DNA of 62,413 bases, filler included, from Chiloscyllium plagiosum (Eukaryota): the NCBI RefSeq assembly GCF_004010195.1. It is 3 parts of one record of this genome, joined end to end, with 100 filler letters (N's around TTAATTAATTAA, not from the genome) between each part and the next. Parts side by side here need not be neighbours in the genome. Positions count along the whole stretch, not along the records: positions 1 to 30,941 come from NC_057710.1; 2 more parts are not named here. One strand, given 5' to 3'. The notes under the pieces are model-generated. The model saw only the letters and a program-made list of their open reading frames with translations, had not been told where the DNA came from and searched no databases. Below are positions 12,686 to 25,919 of the stretch, one piece after another. Made by a program: the position numbers and the translations under genes. Numbering within the stretch: position 1 is the first letter of the stretch; each line of letters starts with the position of its first letter.

Positions 12686-15523
12686 AATTCTTTTAACAGT
12701 TATTAGGAACTAATTATTGTGCGATTGCAGGTTATTGGTCCTGATCTTTGTCATTAAGCTCTAAGATCACCCATAGTGCTTGGAAATTGATTTTCCCATT
12801 AAAACTTACTTGGAGGATTATGTTCCCTGGTTCCTCATTGTAGAATTCCAAGAAATGTAACCATACAAAGATTAAATGCATTTTTTTTTAGTTGTTGTAC
12901 CTGGCATGGTATTTGAATTATTTATTTCTTTGATTCCTGTTGGAAACCTGATCATGTTTCAAGTAGATGTAAGTTGGTGAATCAATTGCTTGTGTCAATA
13001 GTTGTTCCTTAAGGATAGCTGTAAACACTTGAGTGTTGATGTTCTGACTACTTGCTGTCAATCTCCTCACTTTTCTTCTTTATGATGATCAGTAGGGATA
13101 TACAGTTAGACAATGTTTCAATAAATGTCTGTTTTGGAAAAACAGCCTGAAATGGTACATTGAGCATGCTGGGAAGTTTCTAATCAGATTCGATTTCAGA
13201 AGCAGTTATGGATTGCTGGCATTAAAACAACTAAAGAGGATTTAAACCTGGATTCAAAGAATATTACAGCTTACCAAGACTGCACCAATGCATGATGTCT
13301 TTCTAAACTAAAAAACTTTTGCCTCTACACAATCTTTATCCCGCAATACCCTGCCTACTCATCTATCTGTCCAAATGCCTTTTAAGCGTTACTATTTGCC
13401 TCCACCACCTCTTCTGACAACACTTTCCAGGTACTTACCACCCTCTGTATGAAAAAGTTGCCTCTTACTTCTCCTTCAAACTTATCCTCTTTCACCTTAA
13501 ACCTATGTCCCCTAGTAATTAACAGTTCTACCCTTGAAAAAAATACTCTATTCTATCCGTGTCTCTCATAATTTTGTAAACCTCTATTAGGTCAGTCCTC
13601 ATCCTTTGATGTTCAAGTGAAAACAATTCAAGTTTGTCCAATCTTTCCTCTACTAATACCTTCCAAACCAGGCAACATGGTACATTTCTTTACCCTCTCC
13701 AAAGCCTCTACATACTCTGGTAGTGTAGCGACCAGAACTGTACATATTTCAAATGTGGCCTGAATCAAGTTTTATACAGAAGCATGACTTGCCAATTTTT
13801 ATACTCTATGCCCTGACTGATGAAGACAAGCATGTTATATGCCTTCTTGACCACCTTATCCATTAGTATTGTCACTTTCAGGGAACTGTGGACCCATATG
13901 CCACGACACTGCTGTAAGATGATGGTACTAAGAGTTCTGCCTTTTCCTGTGTACGTCACTCCTACATTAGGCTTTCCAAAATGCATCACCTGTATTTGTC
14001 AAGATTAAACTCCATTTGCCATTTCTCCACCAAAGTCTCCAGCCTTTCTATATCCTGCTGTATCCTTAGGCAATCCTCCTCACTATCCGCAACGCGCCCA
14101 AACATTGCGTCATCTGCAAGCGTATTTATTAGGCCATCTGCATTCTCCTCCAAATCATTTATATGTATTACATACAACAGGGGGCCCAACGTTGATCCCT
14201 GCAGAATACCACTGCTCACAGATCTCCAGCATAAAAACACCCTTCCAACTTAACCCTCTGTCTTTTATGACCGAGCCAGATCTGTATCCATCTTACCAGC
14301 TCACTGCAGATCCCATGTGACTTCATCTTTTGTCTCAAACTTTCATGAGGAACCTTGTCAAAGGCCTTTCTAAAGTCTGTATAGACATTATCCACTACCC
14401 TGCCCCCTTTAATCCTCTTATCACTTCCTCAAAAAGCTCAATCAAGTTTGTGAGACCTTCCTCATACAAAGCCATGCTGCCTATGGCTAATAAGTGCATA
14501 TGTTCCCAAACATAAATAAATCCTGTCACTAAGAAACTTCTCCAATCATTTCTCCACCATTGACTATGACTCACTAGCCTGTAATTTCCTGGATTATCCA
14601 TATTGCCCTTCTTAAACAAAGGAACAACACTGGCTATTCTCCAGTCCTCTGGGATCTCTCCTATGGTTAAAATAGAATCAAAGATTTTGCACAAAGCCCC
14701 AACAATTTCCTCACCTGTCTCCCTTAGCATTCTAGGTTAGATCTTATCATATCCTGGGGACTTGTATATCTTAATGCTTTTCAAAACACCCAACACCTCT
14801 CCTGATTTTTTTGTTTATTTGGCATGCCCTAGAATATTAAAGTATTCCTCTCTAAACTCATCACCACCATGACCTTTTCCTTTGCGAATACCAATGGAAA
14901 GTATTTGTTATGGAATTCACCCACTTCTGGCTGCTTGCATAAATTCCCTCCTTCGTCCTTGAGAGGACCTACCTTTTCCCTAGCTACCCTTTTGTTTCTT
15001 GTATATAAAAAAACTTGGTAATTTCCTTAATCCTGTTTGCTAAAGGCAGTTCATGGCCCTCTAATTCCTTGTTTGAGTTCTTTCTAACTTTGTATTCCTC
15101 CAGCATTCTGTCTGTATTCAATTTCCTAAACCTTACATATGCCTCTTTCTCCTTTCTGACTAAACATTCAATTTCTCTTGTCTTCCAAGGTTCCTGTATC
15201 TAGTCATCCTTATCCTCCATTTGCACAGGAACTTGCTGATCCTGAACTCCAATCAACCAGCCATTAAAATATTCCCACATGCTAGATGTGGATTTTTCCT
15301 CAAACACCTGCCCCCAGTCTACATTCCCCAGATCCTGCCTAATATTACAGTTAGCCTTCCCTTAGTTTAGTACTTTCATCCAAGTACTATTCCTATCCTT
15401 AGCCATAAGTAAATTAAACCTTACAGAATTACGATCATGCCTCCCAAAATGCTCCCCCATTGAAAGTTTGATCACTTGGCAAGGCTCCTTCTCCAATGCC
15501 AGGTTCTAGGATAGTCTCTTAGG

Positions 15524-15655
15524 AGGAGAAAGTGAGGACTGCAGATGCTGGAGATCAGAGCTGAAAATGTGTTTCTAGAAAAGCGCAGCAGGTCAGGCAG
15601 CATCCAAGGAACAGGAAAATCGACGTTTCGGGCATAAGCCCTTCTTCAGGATTCC
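15524..15655 (-). mobile_element. Family A PLE pseudo-LTR inserted in the CR1
   Basis: Full family A unit GGAGAAAGTGAGGACTGCAGATGCTGGAGATCAGAG...CTTCTTCAGGATT. Confidence 0.85.
15618..15653 (-). ncRNA. Minimal type I hammerhead ribozyme motif, intact core
   Basis: Minus strand AAUC CUGAAGA A GGGC UUAU GCCC GAAAC GUC GAUU: 4-bp helix I, 4-bp helix II, full core, GUC cleavage triplet and palindromic ACGU helix III. Confidence 0.75.
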
Positions 15656-17869
15656 TTCTTCAAGTAGGACTATTTATATGTTGTTTCAAGAAAAAAACAT
15701 CCAGACACATCTTACCATTTCTGGCCCATGCCCCTGATACTAAGTGTCAGTCAATATAAAGGAAGTTAAAATCACCCACAACAACTTTGTAGTTTTCCCA
15801 TTTTTCCATAATCTGTCCACATATCTGTTCCTCTCTCTCCTACTGGCTTTTGGGAGGCCTGTTGTACAATCTCACCAAATTGATTGCACTTTTTTTATTC
15901 CTGAACTCTACCCATATGGCCTCACTGGATGAGCCCTCCAAGGTATTCTTCCTCAGTAAAGAATACTCTGCCTAATCGATAACGCAACTTCCCTCTCCTT
16001 TTTCCACCCCCTCAATCTCGCTTGAAACATTTAAATCCCAGAACATTAAGCTGCCAGTCACTTTCTCAACCAAGTCTCTGTAACAGTTACAACATCATAG
16101 TTATATGTATTAATCCAAGCTTTTAGTTCATTTGCCTTACCTTTCACACTCCTTTCATTAAAACGAATACACCTCAGCTCGCCGGTCCTGATGTGTTCAG
16201 TAATCTCTCCCCGTCTGGTTTTCCTCTTTGTCTTTTAGCCTTCGTCTCTGACTCCTCCTTGTTCATTTCACTTGCTGACCTATTGCTCTGGTGCTCCCCT
16301 GCCACAGCCAAACTAGTTTCGACCTTCCCAAGTCATGCTAGAAAACCTCTCTGCCAGGATATTCGTGTCCCTCTGGATTAGGTGCAACCTGTCCTTCATG
16401 TACAGGTCCCAAATGCCCCAGAAGACAACCCAATGATTCAGTTTTCTGAATCCTCCCTCCTCCACCAGTTCTTTAGCCATACATTTAACCTTACTATCTT
16501 CTAATTCCTAGCCTCATTGGTACATGGCACATGGAGTAATTCTGAGGTTACAACCCTAGAGAGCCTGCTTTTCAACTTCTACCCTAACCCCTGAAGTGCC
16601 TTTGCAGGACCTCATCTCTCTTTCTGCCTGTGTCATCTGTACCAAAATGGACCAGAGCCTCTGACTGCTCCCATTCCCCCTCCTGTGTCCATTCAGAGCC
16701 ATCCTTGATCCTGGCATCAGGGAGGTAGCACACCATCCAGGAGCCCCTTTTATTACCAATAGAAACACCTATCTGCATCTCTAACTATACACTGCCTTAT
16801 CACTACTGCCCCCTCCATTTCAACCCTTCCTGCTGTATAACAGATCCAGTCATGGTGCCACTGATCTAGTTGCTGCTGCTTTCCTCTGAGAGGCCATCCC
16901 CCCAACAGAATCCATAATGGTGTACCTGTTTCAGAGGGAAATGGCCACAGGAGATTCCTGCATTGCCTGCCCATGCTTTGTAATCTTCCTGGTTGTCACC
17001 CAGCTCTCCTCTGTCTGTCGAGCCCCACTTGGTGGTTGTGACCAGCTCACTAAACGTACTATCCACAACATTCTCAGGCTCATGCATGCTCCATCATGAT
17101 TCCATCCATAGCTCCAGACACTCAATGGGGCAAATCAGGAAGCTGGAGCCAAACACACTTCCTGCATGTTGGAAGTTCCCTGGCTTCCCACATATTCTTG
17201 ACAACAATGGAGCTGAGAGGCAATTACAATTCATCCACCTTCTTGTTGGATCTTGTCATTGTCAATTTTTATCATCAAGATGGACAGCTGTAAAGTTCAC
17301 AGAAAGGCAGCTGGGTCATTATTTGAATATGCAGATCAAGAGCTGGAAATGCTATTTGGCCATGAATGGGATTTTAACTCTGATTGAGCAGGAAAGCTTT
17401 CCAAACAAATTGAGATCATGAAAAGAAAATCAGAAACAAAAAAAAAGGAACAAAATACAACTTTTAAAATTTCCCTTCGAGTGACTAGGTGGAGCAGGAT
17501 TTAGTGGACTCCACAAATAAAGTTTAAGCACCCCTCAGCCCAGGCTACCCCTTCCCAATTTGTCTACAATGATGCACTGTCAGAATCTTACACCTAGCTG
17601 CTTGTTGTTTTGTTTTTACAATGTTCTGGGTTAATTTTAATGCTGTGGGTTTGCAGACAATGGAAGTCAATTAACAGGAAGCTGTTGCTATCCTGCAGTT
17701 GGATGTCAAGAATTCAAATTATAGTCAGAACAAAATGATGTATCTCAAAGTGCATAGTTAAAGAGAAAGACTTGAGCTTGGGAAGGAGTGTTAAGCTACC
17801 TACACAGGCAGCCAGTATGAATTGGTAATGTCATGGTCCAGGCAGGATATCAGTGGTCAAAAAATGAAA

Positions 17870-18083
17870 AACTTATATTTCCATACCATCATTTATGTCT
17901 AAAGCATTGCTCAAAGTATTTTATAGTCAACAACATAGTCTTTGAAGTGCTGTCACTACAGTAATGTAAGAAAGATAGCAGCTAATACAGCAAATCCCAC
18001 AAATAGCAATGTGAAAAAAATCAAATGACCCAGTTTTGTAATGATGGTTGAGGAAATATATTGACGAGGACATCAGGGATAAC
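17870..18083 (-). mobile_element. Ancient DeuSINE remnant
   Basis: TTTGAAGTGCTGTCACTACAGTAATGTAAG...CAGCAAATCCCACAAATAGCAATGTG...GATGGTTGAGG is the reverse complement of the Deu-domain-like sequence at 8770-9060. Confidence 0.5.
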
Positions 18084-19408
18084 TGTAAACAACAACAAAA
18101 AATGAACTACAGACGCTGGAAATCCGGAACAGTTACAGAATTTGCTTGGAAAATTTAGCAGCTCTAACAAAATCTGTGGAGAGAAAGCAGAGTTAACATT
18201 TTAGGTTCAGGGATCCTTCTTTTTAACTGCCCATGCTGTCAGAAGCAACAATGGTTTCCTGATTCTTCTTTGCATGCTCCCATCTCACAGTTCAATTAAA
18301 ATGCAATACTATTCAAAATTGAGAGCCAGTTGCAAATATTTCTTGACTGAAAAGAATAGAACTTTTATTACTTGCTAACACTCAGAAAAATAATAAAACC
18401 TGAGATCAAACACGTACACGCTGATTTTCAGTATGCTGTCTCAGTGAGTCGTGACACAATATCAAAACTTTATAATAGCATTTATACCTAGATGAAGAAA
18501 TAGCAAAAAAGCTAATCATCTAAGTAAAGCATATGTTTGCAGTAAGTCTTTTCTCATTATGAAATATTTTCAGATGAAAATCCTTTATAATTTCTTAATT
18601 TGCACAGAGAGAAATGTAATTTAAAAAATAATTTACAAGAAATAAAATACAGCTATACAAGAGTATTTACACAGATCAACACTTATTAAATGAAAGGAAC
18701 AAAAATAATTTTGCATCAAATTTAAATCATTTTCTTTCATGATTTTTGGACAGTAAAGTCACTCCCAAGATAAATTATGAAGTTTATTACCTTCTATACA
18801 CACAATGCTCAGTGCAGACAGCGTTTTTTTTCCACAGAATTGTTGCCCACATTCATTCTTGATGTTTATCAGGCCTGAAAATTATATTTCTCTTGAATAG
18901 TTCATTACTGTTAGATCAACAATATTGCTTCTCCATTAGGGAAAGCCAATTAAACCTTATCATGGATGATGACTTAATACAGTCCTCATGGCCTACATCT
19001 CACTTATCTGAATAATGTCCCTTGATACAAGCTTTGCTTTATTTCTCCAATGAGGTCAACATTAATGCAATCAATACAATGTTACATCAGAAACTTTATA
19101 TACAGCTATTTCTTTGAGGCACCTAAATCAACCAAAATTAAGAAAAAAATGTTTGCAACATTTTTTATGTAATTTCTTCAAGTTGATTTCGTCAGAGAAA
19201 TATAGGTTTTCACATGATTCCAAGGATATCAGGGATAACTGTAAACAACTTTAAAAAGAACTACAGATACTGGAAATTAGGAACAGACACAGAATTTGTT
19301 TGGAAAATTTAGCAGGCCTAACAGAATCTGTGAAGAGAAAGCAGAGTTAATATTTCAGGTTCAGGGATCCTTCTTTACTACTGCCCAATGCTGTCAGCAG
19401 CAACAATG
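18067..19408 (+). repeat. Diverged local direct duplication (18067-18253 and 19223-19408) containing a family C PLE pseudo-LTR
   Basis: Both copies share the element and both flanks (AGGAYATCAGGGATAACTGTAAACAAC and GCTGTCAG..GCAACAATG). Confidence 0.8.
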
Positions 19409-20322
19409 CATTTAATCAGTATGCGATGCATATTGTTTCTCAATTTGTTCCTTTGATTCCCACACCCATAGTCTACATCAGGCAGACTTCCTTTCACTTT
19501 GAATTCAAATTACATAAAACTTTCTTGGGTTTCTTCCAAGAAGTGTGGAACGAACATCCTAAGGGGTTTTGTGGATGCAGGTACAATTACAATGCTTAAA
19601 CGACGTTTGGGTAAGTACTTGAATAAGAAATATTTGGAAAGATCTGGGCCNNNNNNNNNNNNNNNNNNNNNNNNNNNNNNNNNNNNNNNNNNNNNNNNNN
19701 NNNNNNNNNNNNNNNNNNNNNNNNNNNNNNNNNNNNNNNNNNNNNNNNNNNNNNNNNNNNNNNNNNNNNNNNNNNNNNNNNNNNNNNNNNNNNNNNNNNN
19801 NNNNNNNNNNNNNNNNNNNNNNNNNNNNNNNNNNNNNNNNNNNNNNNNNNNNNNNNNNNNNNNNNNNNNNNNNNNNNNNNNNNNNNNNNNNNNNNNNNNN
19901 NNNNNNNNNNNNNNNNNNNNNNNNNNNNNNNNNNNNNNNNNNNNNNNNNNNNNNNNNNNNNNNNNNNNNNNNNNNNNNNNNNNNNNNNNNNNNNNNNNNN
20001 NNNNNNNNNNNNNNNNNNNNNNNNNNNNNNNNNNNNNNNNNNNNNNNNNNNNNNNNNNNNNNNNNNNNNNNNNNNNNNNNNNNNNNNNNNNNNNNNNNNN
20101 NNNNNNNNNNNNNNNNNNNNNNNNNNNNNNNNNNNNNNNNNNNNNNNNNNGATACTGATTAAGGATGATCAGCCATGATTATTTGAATGGTGGTGCAGGC
20201 TTGAAGGGTAGAATGGCCTACTCCTGCACCTATTATCTAAATAAAGCACAGCTTATATCAAGGAATATTATTCAGATAAGTGACATGTAGGCTACGAGGA
20301 CTGTATTAAGTCATCATCCATG
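18961..20322. repeat. 84-bp inverted duplication (18961-19044 versus 20239-20322) spanning the 500-N gap
   Basis: CATGGATGATGACTTAATACAGTCCTC...TTATCTGAATAAT is the near reverse complement of ATTATTCAGATAAGTGACATGTAGGCTACGAGGACTGTATTAAGTCATCATCCATG. Confidence 0.8.
19651..20150. other. Assembly gap (500 N)
   Basis: Run of N, with CR1 3'-end fragments on both sides (about 19540-19650 and 20151-20238). Confidence 1.
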
Positions 20323-21309
20323 TTGGCCACCCTTTAATCACCATGTTTTTTATAAATGCAAGAAAAATTAATAATTGGTCAATCGGGAAACCATCTTCAG
20401 GTGGCACCTATCTTACAATTATAGTTAATCGATTAACATATAAAAGCCCTGGTGTTGAGTCAACAGACAAACTGAAATATCCTGATTTTCTCAAATCATC
20501 AAAAGGCACCCTCCTACTTTTTCACCAAAGTTACTGGATTCATCACATTTTGTTTCAAACAGTAATGGTCTACAAGGATCGCAGATCCACTGTTTCCATT
20601 ATGTTTATTTGATTGGTAAGGAATGAGTGCTATCAGGTCAAAATTGCTCTGATAATTTGATGTGCCAGGCCTTCCATTTGCCTTTTCTAAAAGCTGGTCC
20701 ACTTTCTGCTGTTGTGCACACAGCTGTGAGAACACAGTCAAGTACCTGCCTCGAGTATTCTTGCTCCTTTTTCAATCTGTTCCTCCAGCTGTGGATCCAA
20801 AGATTACCCACATTGTCTTGTGAAATATGTGAGCCAAACCCCCCTTACAATCCATAGAGTTCTCCTGATTTTGAATTCCAAAAGAGTTTTATTCATCATT
20901 TAACCTAGCATGAACCAACACTGCTGATATATTGAGAAGAGTTTGCAGACAAAATCACTTGTTGGACAGCATACTAGCCACACCTATTTGCATTTCCATC
21001 ATTAGCTATCATTGAATGAAATCAGTCTTTTGACTGATAACTAGTTTGTTTTTTAAAATCTACTTCGATTTCTCAAATGAGCCATTCCAATGTTGATATT
21101 TTAAAATACCTTGTTGTATTCATGATTAAAATTCAAGATAAGCCGGAGACTGAGATTATTGGACTTTGTGTATTTATTTTCTTTAGCTGTGATTTTAGGC
21201 TCAGTAATATTCTTAATTATGTTTGTACCATCTATACTAGTAGAAAAGATGGATGCCTATGGTTTATGTTGCCATTGCTGACAGTTTTAAATATTTGTCT
21301 CCTCCTTTA

Positions 21310-21770
21310 TTGCAATGAAATCTTTCTTCCCTACTTCCTACCTTTCATTGTTTCATCAGGAAACCTGGCAATCATACCTTCCAAATCTTCATCAAAGTAA
21401 TATATATAAATAGTAAACAGTTGAGATACTGGAACTGATCCCTGCGGCACACCATTCAGTACATCTTGCCAACCTGAAAAAGACCAATTTGCACCTGTTC
21501 TCTGCTTCTTGTTAGCTACCCAATTATTTATCAATGCTGATATGCTGTTCCTGTGCCATAAGTTTTGATTTTCTGTAATAACCTTTAGTGTGACACTTTA
21601 TCAAATGCTTTCTTGAAATCTAACTACAGTTTATCCACTGCTTCCAGTTTATCCACAGGCACTTGTCATTTCCTTAAGGAACTCCAATAGATAGGTAAAA
21701 TAAAACCATGTTGGCTCTGCCTGATTAACTTGAATTTAGCTAAGTGCCCTGATATAACTTCTTTAACAAT
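21310..21770 (-). mobile_element. CR1 RT fragment
   Basis: WSFSGWQDVLNGVPQGSVPVSQLFTIYI...IARFPDET. Confidence 0.8.
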
Positions 21771-21997
21771 GGCTCACACATTTCTTGAAACGAGATTGTG
21801 AGCAAATTGTTGCTTCCTTATCATATTGAATGTTCAAACAGAACTGTTTTAGATAAAAAAAGCTATGTAGCTATATAAGTATATTTTTGTCACATACAAC
21901 ATGTCCACTTTACAAAGTCATTTTTTTCCCTGTCTCTATTATTATTCAATGACTGATATAAAACTAGAAATGCATTTTTTGATATTTAGAAATGCCT

Positions 21998-22979
21998 TGT
22001 AATATGAGCCCCTAAATGGTAATTTACTCAGCTTATTCCTAGTTCCAGAAATTGCTCCTTCACATATATTTTGTAAAACACTCACTGACACATTTTGTTT
22101 TATAAAGACCAACTCATTTTATTTTCCCTATTTTAGAATATAGACTGAAATGGGAAAGGGTTTGTTTTAAAACAAGGAAGGAATTGCTGCCCTTTTAAAA
22201 ACAAATACTGAAACTCAATGTGAGTTGTGTTTACATTGCTGCTTTGTGAGCATTGATGGAGGTGAGGTAAGACTGCATAATGTGAGAGTGTGTTTGGAAA
22301 GTGAGATTTGGTCAGCAACAGGTGGATTGGTTTATTCACTTGTAACAAGATAATAATTCTCTTATTAGTTCCTGCAAATCTGAACAGCTTGTGTATGGAA
22401 TCAATTCAGAGACAGAATATCTTGCAGAGTAGAAGCAGCAGGGTCTGCCTCTATAACCTTTACAGAAAGTAACTCAATTCTGGAGATCGTCAATTATTCT
22501 CTCCTGTTTGATTTAAATATTGCTTATAGCCAGTGACAGTGAAACTGAACAATTAATGATTAGACCTTTTTGTTTTTGCCAAAGACTGGAGAATTTGTAA
22601 GGAAAGAGATTGGTGAACTGAAGGTATTGGGAATAAAAACAAGTACGTCCTCTAAGCTTGGATACTGGTGCTATTGAACTGTATGATTTCCCGAGTACTT
22701 TTTCCATTATCCAAATCACTCATTTTGTTTTTTGTCTGTAAGTTTACGTAGGGATTCTACCAAGGAGGTAGAGTTTCAATTAGTAGAGTCATGTGTTTAT
22801 AGAATAAATAGTAGTTCTTGTTAAGCGTCGAAACCTGGTCAGTGTTTTCTGTTAACTTGGTGTTATTAAATATGAAAAGTAAGGACTTCCTGTACTTTGA
22901 GTAATTAATTAACTTCTGTGATGACACTGGTAGTAGTGAGGCTTGAGAATGTGCACACTTTCCAAAGTGACGTGTAACA
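21998..22979 (+). mobile_element. Possible old solo LTR
   Basis: Starts TGTAAT and ends TGTAACA, with AATAAA near 22803. No TSD seen and the left boundary is a guess. Confidence 0.3.
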
Positions 22980-23879
22980 ATTCTCTCTTATAGGATAAGC
23001 TGGGGCAGAAATGGTGACTGCAGGAGCTAACTACAGGACAACAAGCATGCCTGTTTTCTTAGCTGCCACACAAAAGATGATGAAGGACATTATTGAGATA
23101 ATCAGTATTAATGCTGCAGTCAGTGGCAAAGCTAGAATGATTGAAGATGAGGCTTCCTCCTCAGACACATCACACACACTATTTTCTGATTTACAATTCA
23201 TGAATGGTAGAAGAATACACTTAATTCTGCCCATCTCTCCAATCCACAGCCTTCCCCTTTCTCCTCTCAGCAACCCAAATGCAGCAATTTAGTTCAGTAG
23301 TGAAGGAACAAGAAAGCAACACTGATGATAAAGTCAGGTCATCACTCTAGCATATGTCTGCAGCTACAATCTCAGATGTAGACATTGAATTTAGATGATG
23401 GCATCTAAACAGAATCTGCACCTGATGTAAACAGGGGCATGAGGTGCTAGGTTGCCAGATGGCTAAGGTTCCATATTAATTCTCCTGAAAGGATTAAATG
23501 ACAATGACAATGTGCCTTCCCACAGAGGAATACTTGATATGTATGTATTTCTGCATTGAGAAACCTATCAGACAACCTGCAAAAACATCAAAGAAGTTGG
23601 AGGAGTTAAATACCTACTTTGTATGGGCTCAGTGCAGAACTTGGAACCCAATCTTTTCAGCATAGAAGTGATGCCCAACTCTTTTCACAAATTTGTAGAC
23701 CCAATTATGATGAAGCATTTAATGTTGGATGTGGTAGCTTCCATTGCAACACATTGCAATCCCACTGAAGAATCATTCAGGATTTGATTGATTAATGCTG
23801 TCTCTCTTTCTCTCGCTCTTTCTCTCTCTCCATTGATGCTACCAGACCTTCTGACTTTCTCCATCACTTTCTATTTTTA

Positions 23880-25290
23880 TTCCTTTCTTTTTACACTTCA
23901 TTCTCTTTGAAACAAAGGACAAAATTCTATTTGCTTTCCCTATTATCTACTGAAACTACTTGTCAGCTCTTTTTGTGATTTATACTTGAGGACTCACAAA
24001 TTTCCCTGTATCATTGAGTCATAGAGTCCTACAGCACAGGGACAAGCCCTTTGGCCCAAACTGGTCCATGCCAACCAAAATGTCCATCAATTCTAACCCC
24101 AATTCCCTGCATTTGACCCATATCCTTTCAAACCTTTCCTATCCATGTATTTGTTCAAGTGCCTTTTAAATGTTTTTAATGTATCCACCTCAACCACTTA
24201 TGCTGGCAGCTCATTCCATATGCATGCCACCCTCTATGTAATAAAGCTGTCCCTCAGCATCCCTTTATCTTCCCCCTCTAACCTTAAACTGATACCCTCT
24301 GGTCTTCAATTCCCCAACCCTGGGAAAAAGACTGAGAGCACTCACCCTATCCAAGCCTCTCATGATCTTATACACCTCTATAAGACCCCCCACCTCAGTC
24401 TCTTATGCTCGAAAGAAAAAAGTCTGAGCTTGTCCAACCTTTCCCTATAACTCAGACTGTTGAGTTCTGGCGACATCCTTGGAAATTTCTTCTGCACTCT
24501 TTCTAGTTTAATAACATCCTTCCTATAGCAAGGTGACCAAAAATCTGAACGCAATACTCCAAGTATGGCTCTACCAATGTCACATGTATCTATAATAAGC
24601 TCCATTTGCCATTTCTCAACCCACTTCCCCAGCTGATCAAAGTCCTGCTGCAATTTCTGACAACCTTCCTCACTGTCCATGATACCACCTATTTTGTTGT
24701 CATCCGCAAACTTACTAATCATGCTTTGTACATTCTCATCCAAAATTATTGATATAGATAACAAGCAGCCCAGCACCGACACCTGAGGCACTCCACTAGT
24801 CACAGGTGTCCAGTCTGACAAGCACCTATCCACTATTACCCTCAGTTTTTTGTCATCAAGCCAATTGTGTATCCAACTTGCCAGCTCCCCATTGATTCCA
24901 TGTGACCTAAACTTTCAGAGCAGCCAATCATGTTAAACTTTATCAAAGGCCTTACTGAAATCTATATAAACTATGTCTACCTCTCTGCCCTCACCAACCT
25001 TCCTGGTCACTTCATCAAAGAACTTTGACAAATTTGTGAGACATGATCTATGTTGCAACGTTCTGAAATCTTCCTTCATTTAATTAATATTCAGTTCCTC
25101 TCCTCTTCCCAATAAAGTGCATAACTTTTCCCACAATATTTTTCATTTGCCAAGTTTTTGCTCACTCAATAATCTATACATATAACTCTTTGCGTCATTC
25201 TCATTTAATACCTATTTAATATGCATCTGCAAACTTGGCTATAGTACATTCATTTAACTTCCAAGATATTAATGTAGATACTTTATAATC
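23880..25290 (-). mobile_element. CR1 fragments: a younger copy (24013-25050) nested in an older CR1
   Basis: WTPVTSGVPQVSVLG...ISKFADDNKIGG...WQMEL...FWSPCYRKD, with a 3' tail at about 24013-24030. Confidence 0.8.
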
Positions 25291-25569
25291 CATCTGTTCA
25301 AAGTAGGTGGGACTTGAACCCAAGCCTTCTGGTTCAGAGGGACGGGCACAGCCACTGTACCACACAAACACTAAATTTACTAGCTACCATACAGTAAATA
25401 CTTGTGGTCCCAAGTTTGATCTCAGTGCAGAACTAGGGAGCATTGTTTTTAGGGGTCAGGCTTTCAGGACAGAGGTGCTGATAAGTTTTCACTCTGAGGG
25501 TTGTATAACTTGGAACTCTTCCTCAGAAGGAGATGAGATGGATTCATTGAATATTTTGAAGATAGAGGT

Positions 25570-25730
25570 GCTACTTTCTCCCCACCCCCACCCTCCTCTA
25601 GCTTATCTCTCCACCCTTCAGGCTCTCTGCCTTTATTCCTGATGAACGGCTTTTGCCCGAAACGTCGATTTTACTGCTCCTCGGATGCTTCCTGAACTGC
25701 TGTGCTCTTCCAGCACCACTAATCCAGAAT
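25570..25730 (+). mobile_element. Family A-related PLE pseudo-LTR with hammerhead motif at 25635-25670
   Basis: AUUC CUGAUGA A CGGC UUUU GCCC GAAAC GUC GAUU. The core is intact but the closing pair of helix II is mismatched. Inserted in a CR1 3' fragment. Confidence 0.75.
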
Positions 25731-25919
25731 CCGTGAACAGATTATTGTTAGGCAAGGGAATCAATGATTATTGGAGGTGGATATGAATGTGGAATTCAAA
25801 ATGTCGATTGTTTATGATTTTGTAGAATATGGTAACAATGGCCTAGTTGAAATTGGGGGCAGTGAATGGTATAATGGTTGATAAAAAATGTGCTAAAAAG
25901 GTTGGTAGTACTTCGATTA

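Larger units (their letters stand above)
13316..17175 (-). mobile_element. Near full-length decayed CR1 LINE (ORF1 SGNH esterase, ORF2 APE plus RT)
   Basis: RT: IPEDWRIASVVPLFKKGNMDNPGNYR, GILQGSTLGPLLYVIHINDL, LADD, WQMEFN. ORF1: AVVIRQCIVRDADR (cf. VVIGDSIVRG), MVCYLPDARIKD and LVHFGTDDTG (cf. VHIGTNDIG). Confidence 0.9.

Noticed and set aside
19499..20158. 219-aa ORF in the track
   Set aside because: Artefact of reading through 500 N. The defined part is a CR1 3' fragment.
23011..23292. Overlapping 93-aa (+) and 80-aa hydrophobic (-) ORFs
   Set aside because: No recognisable domain or convincing splice structure. Probably decayed repeat or chance ORFs.
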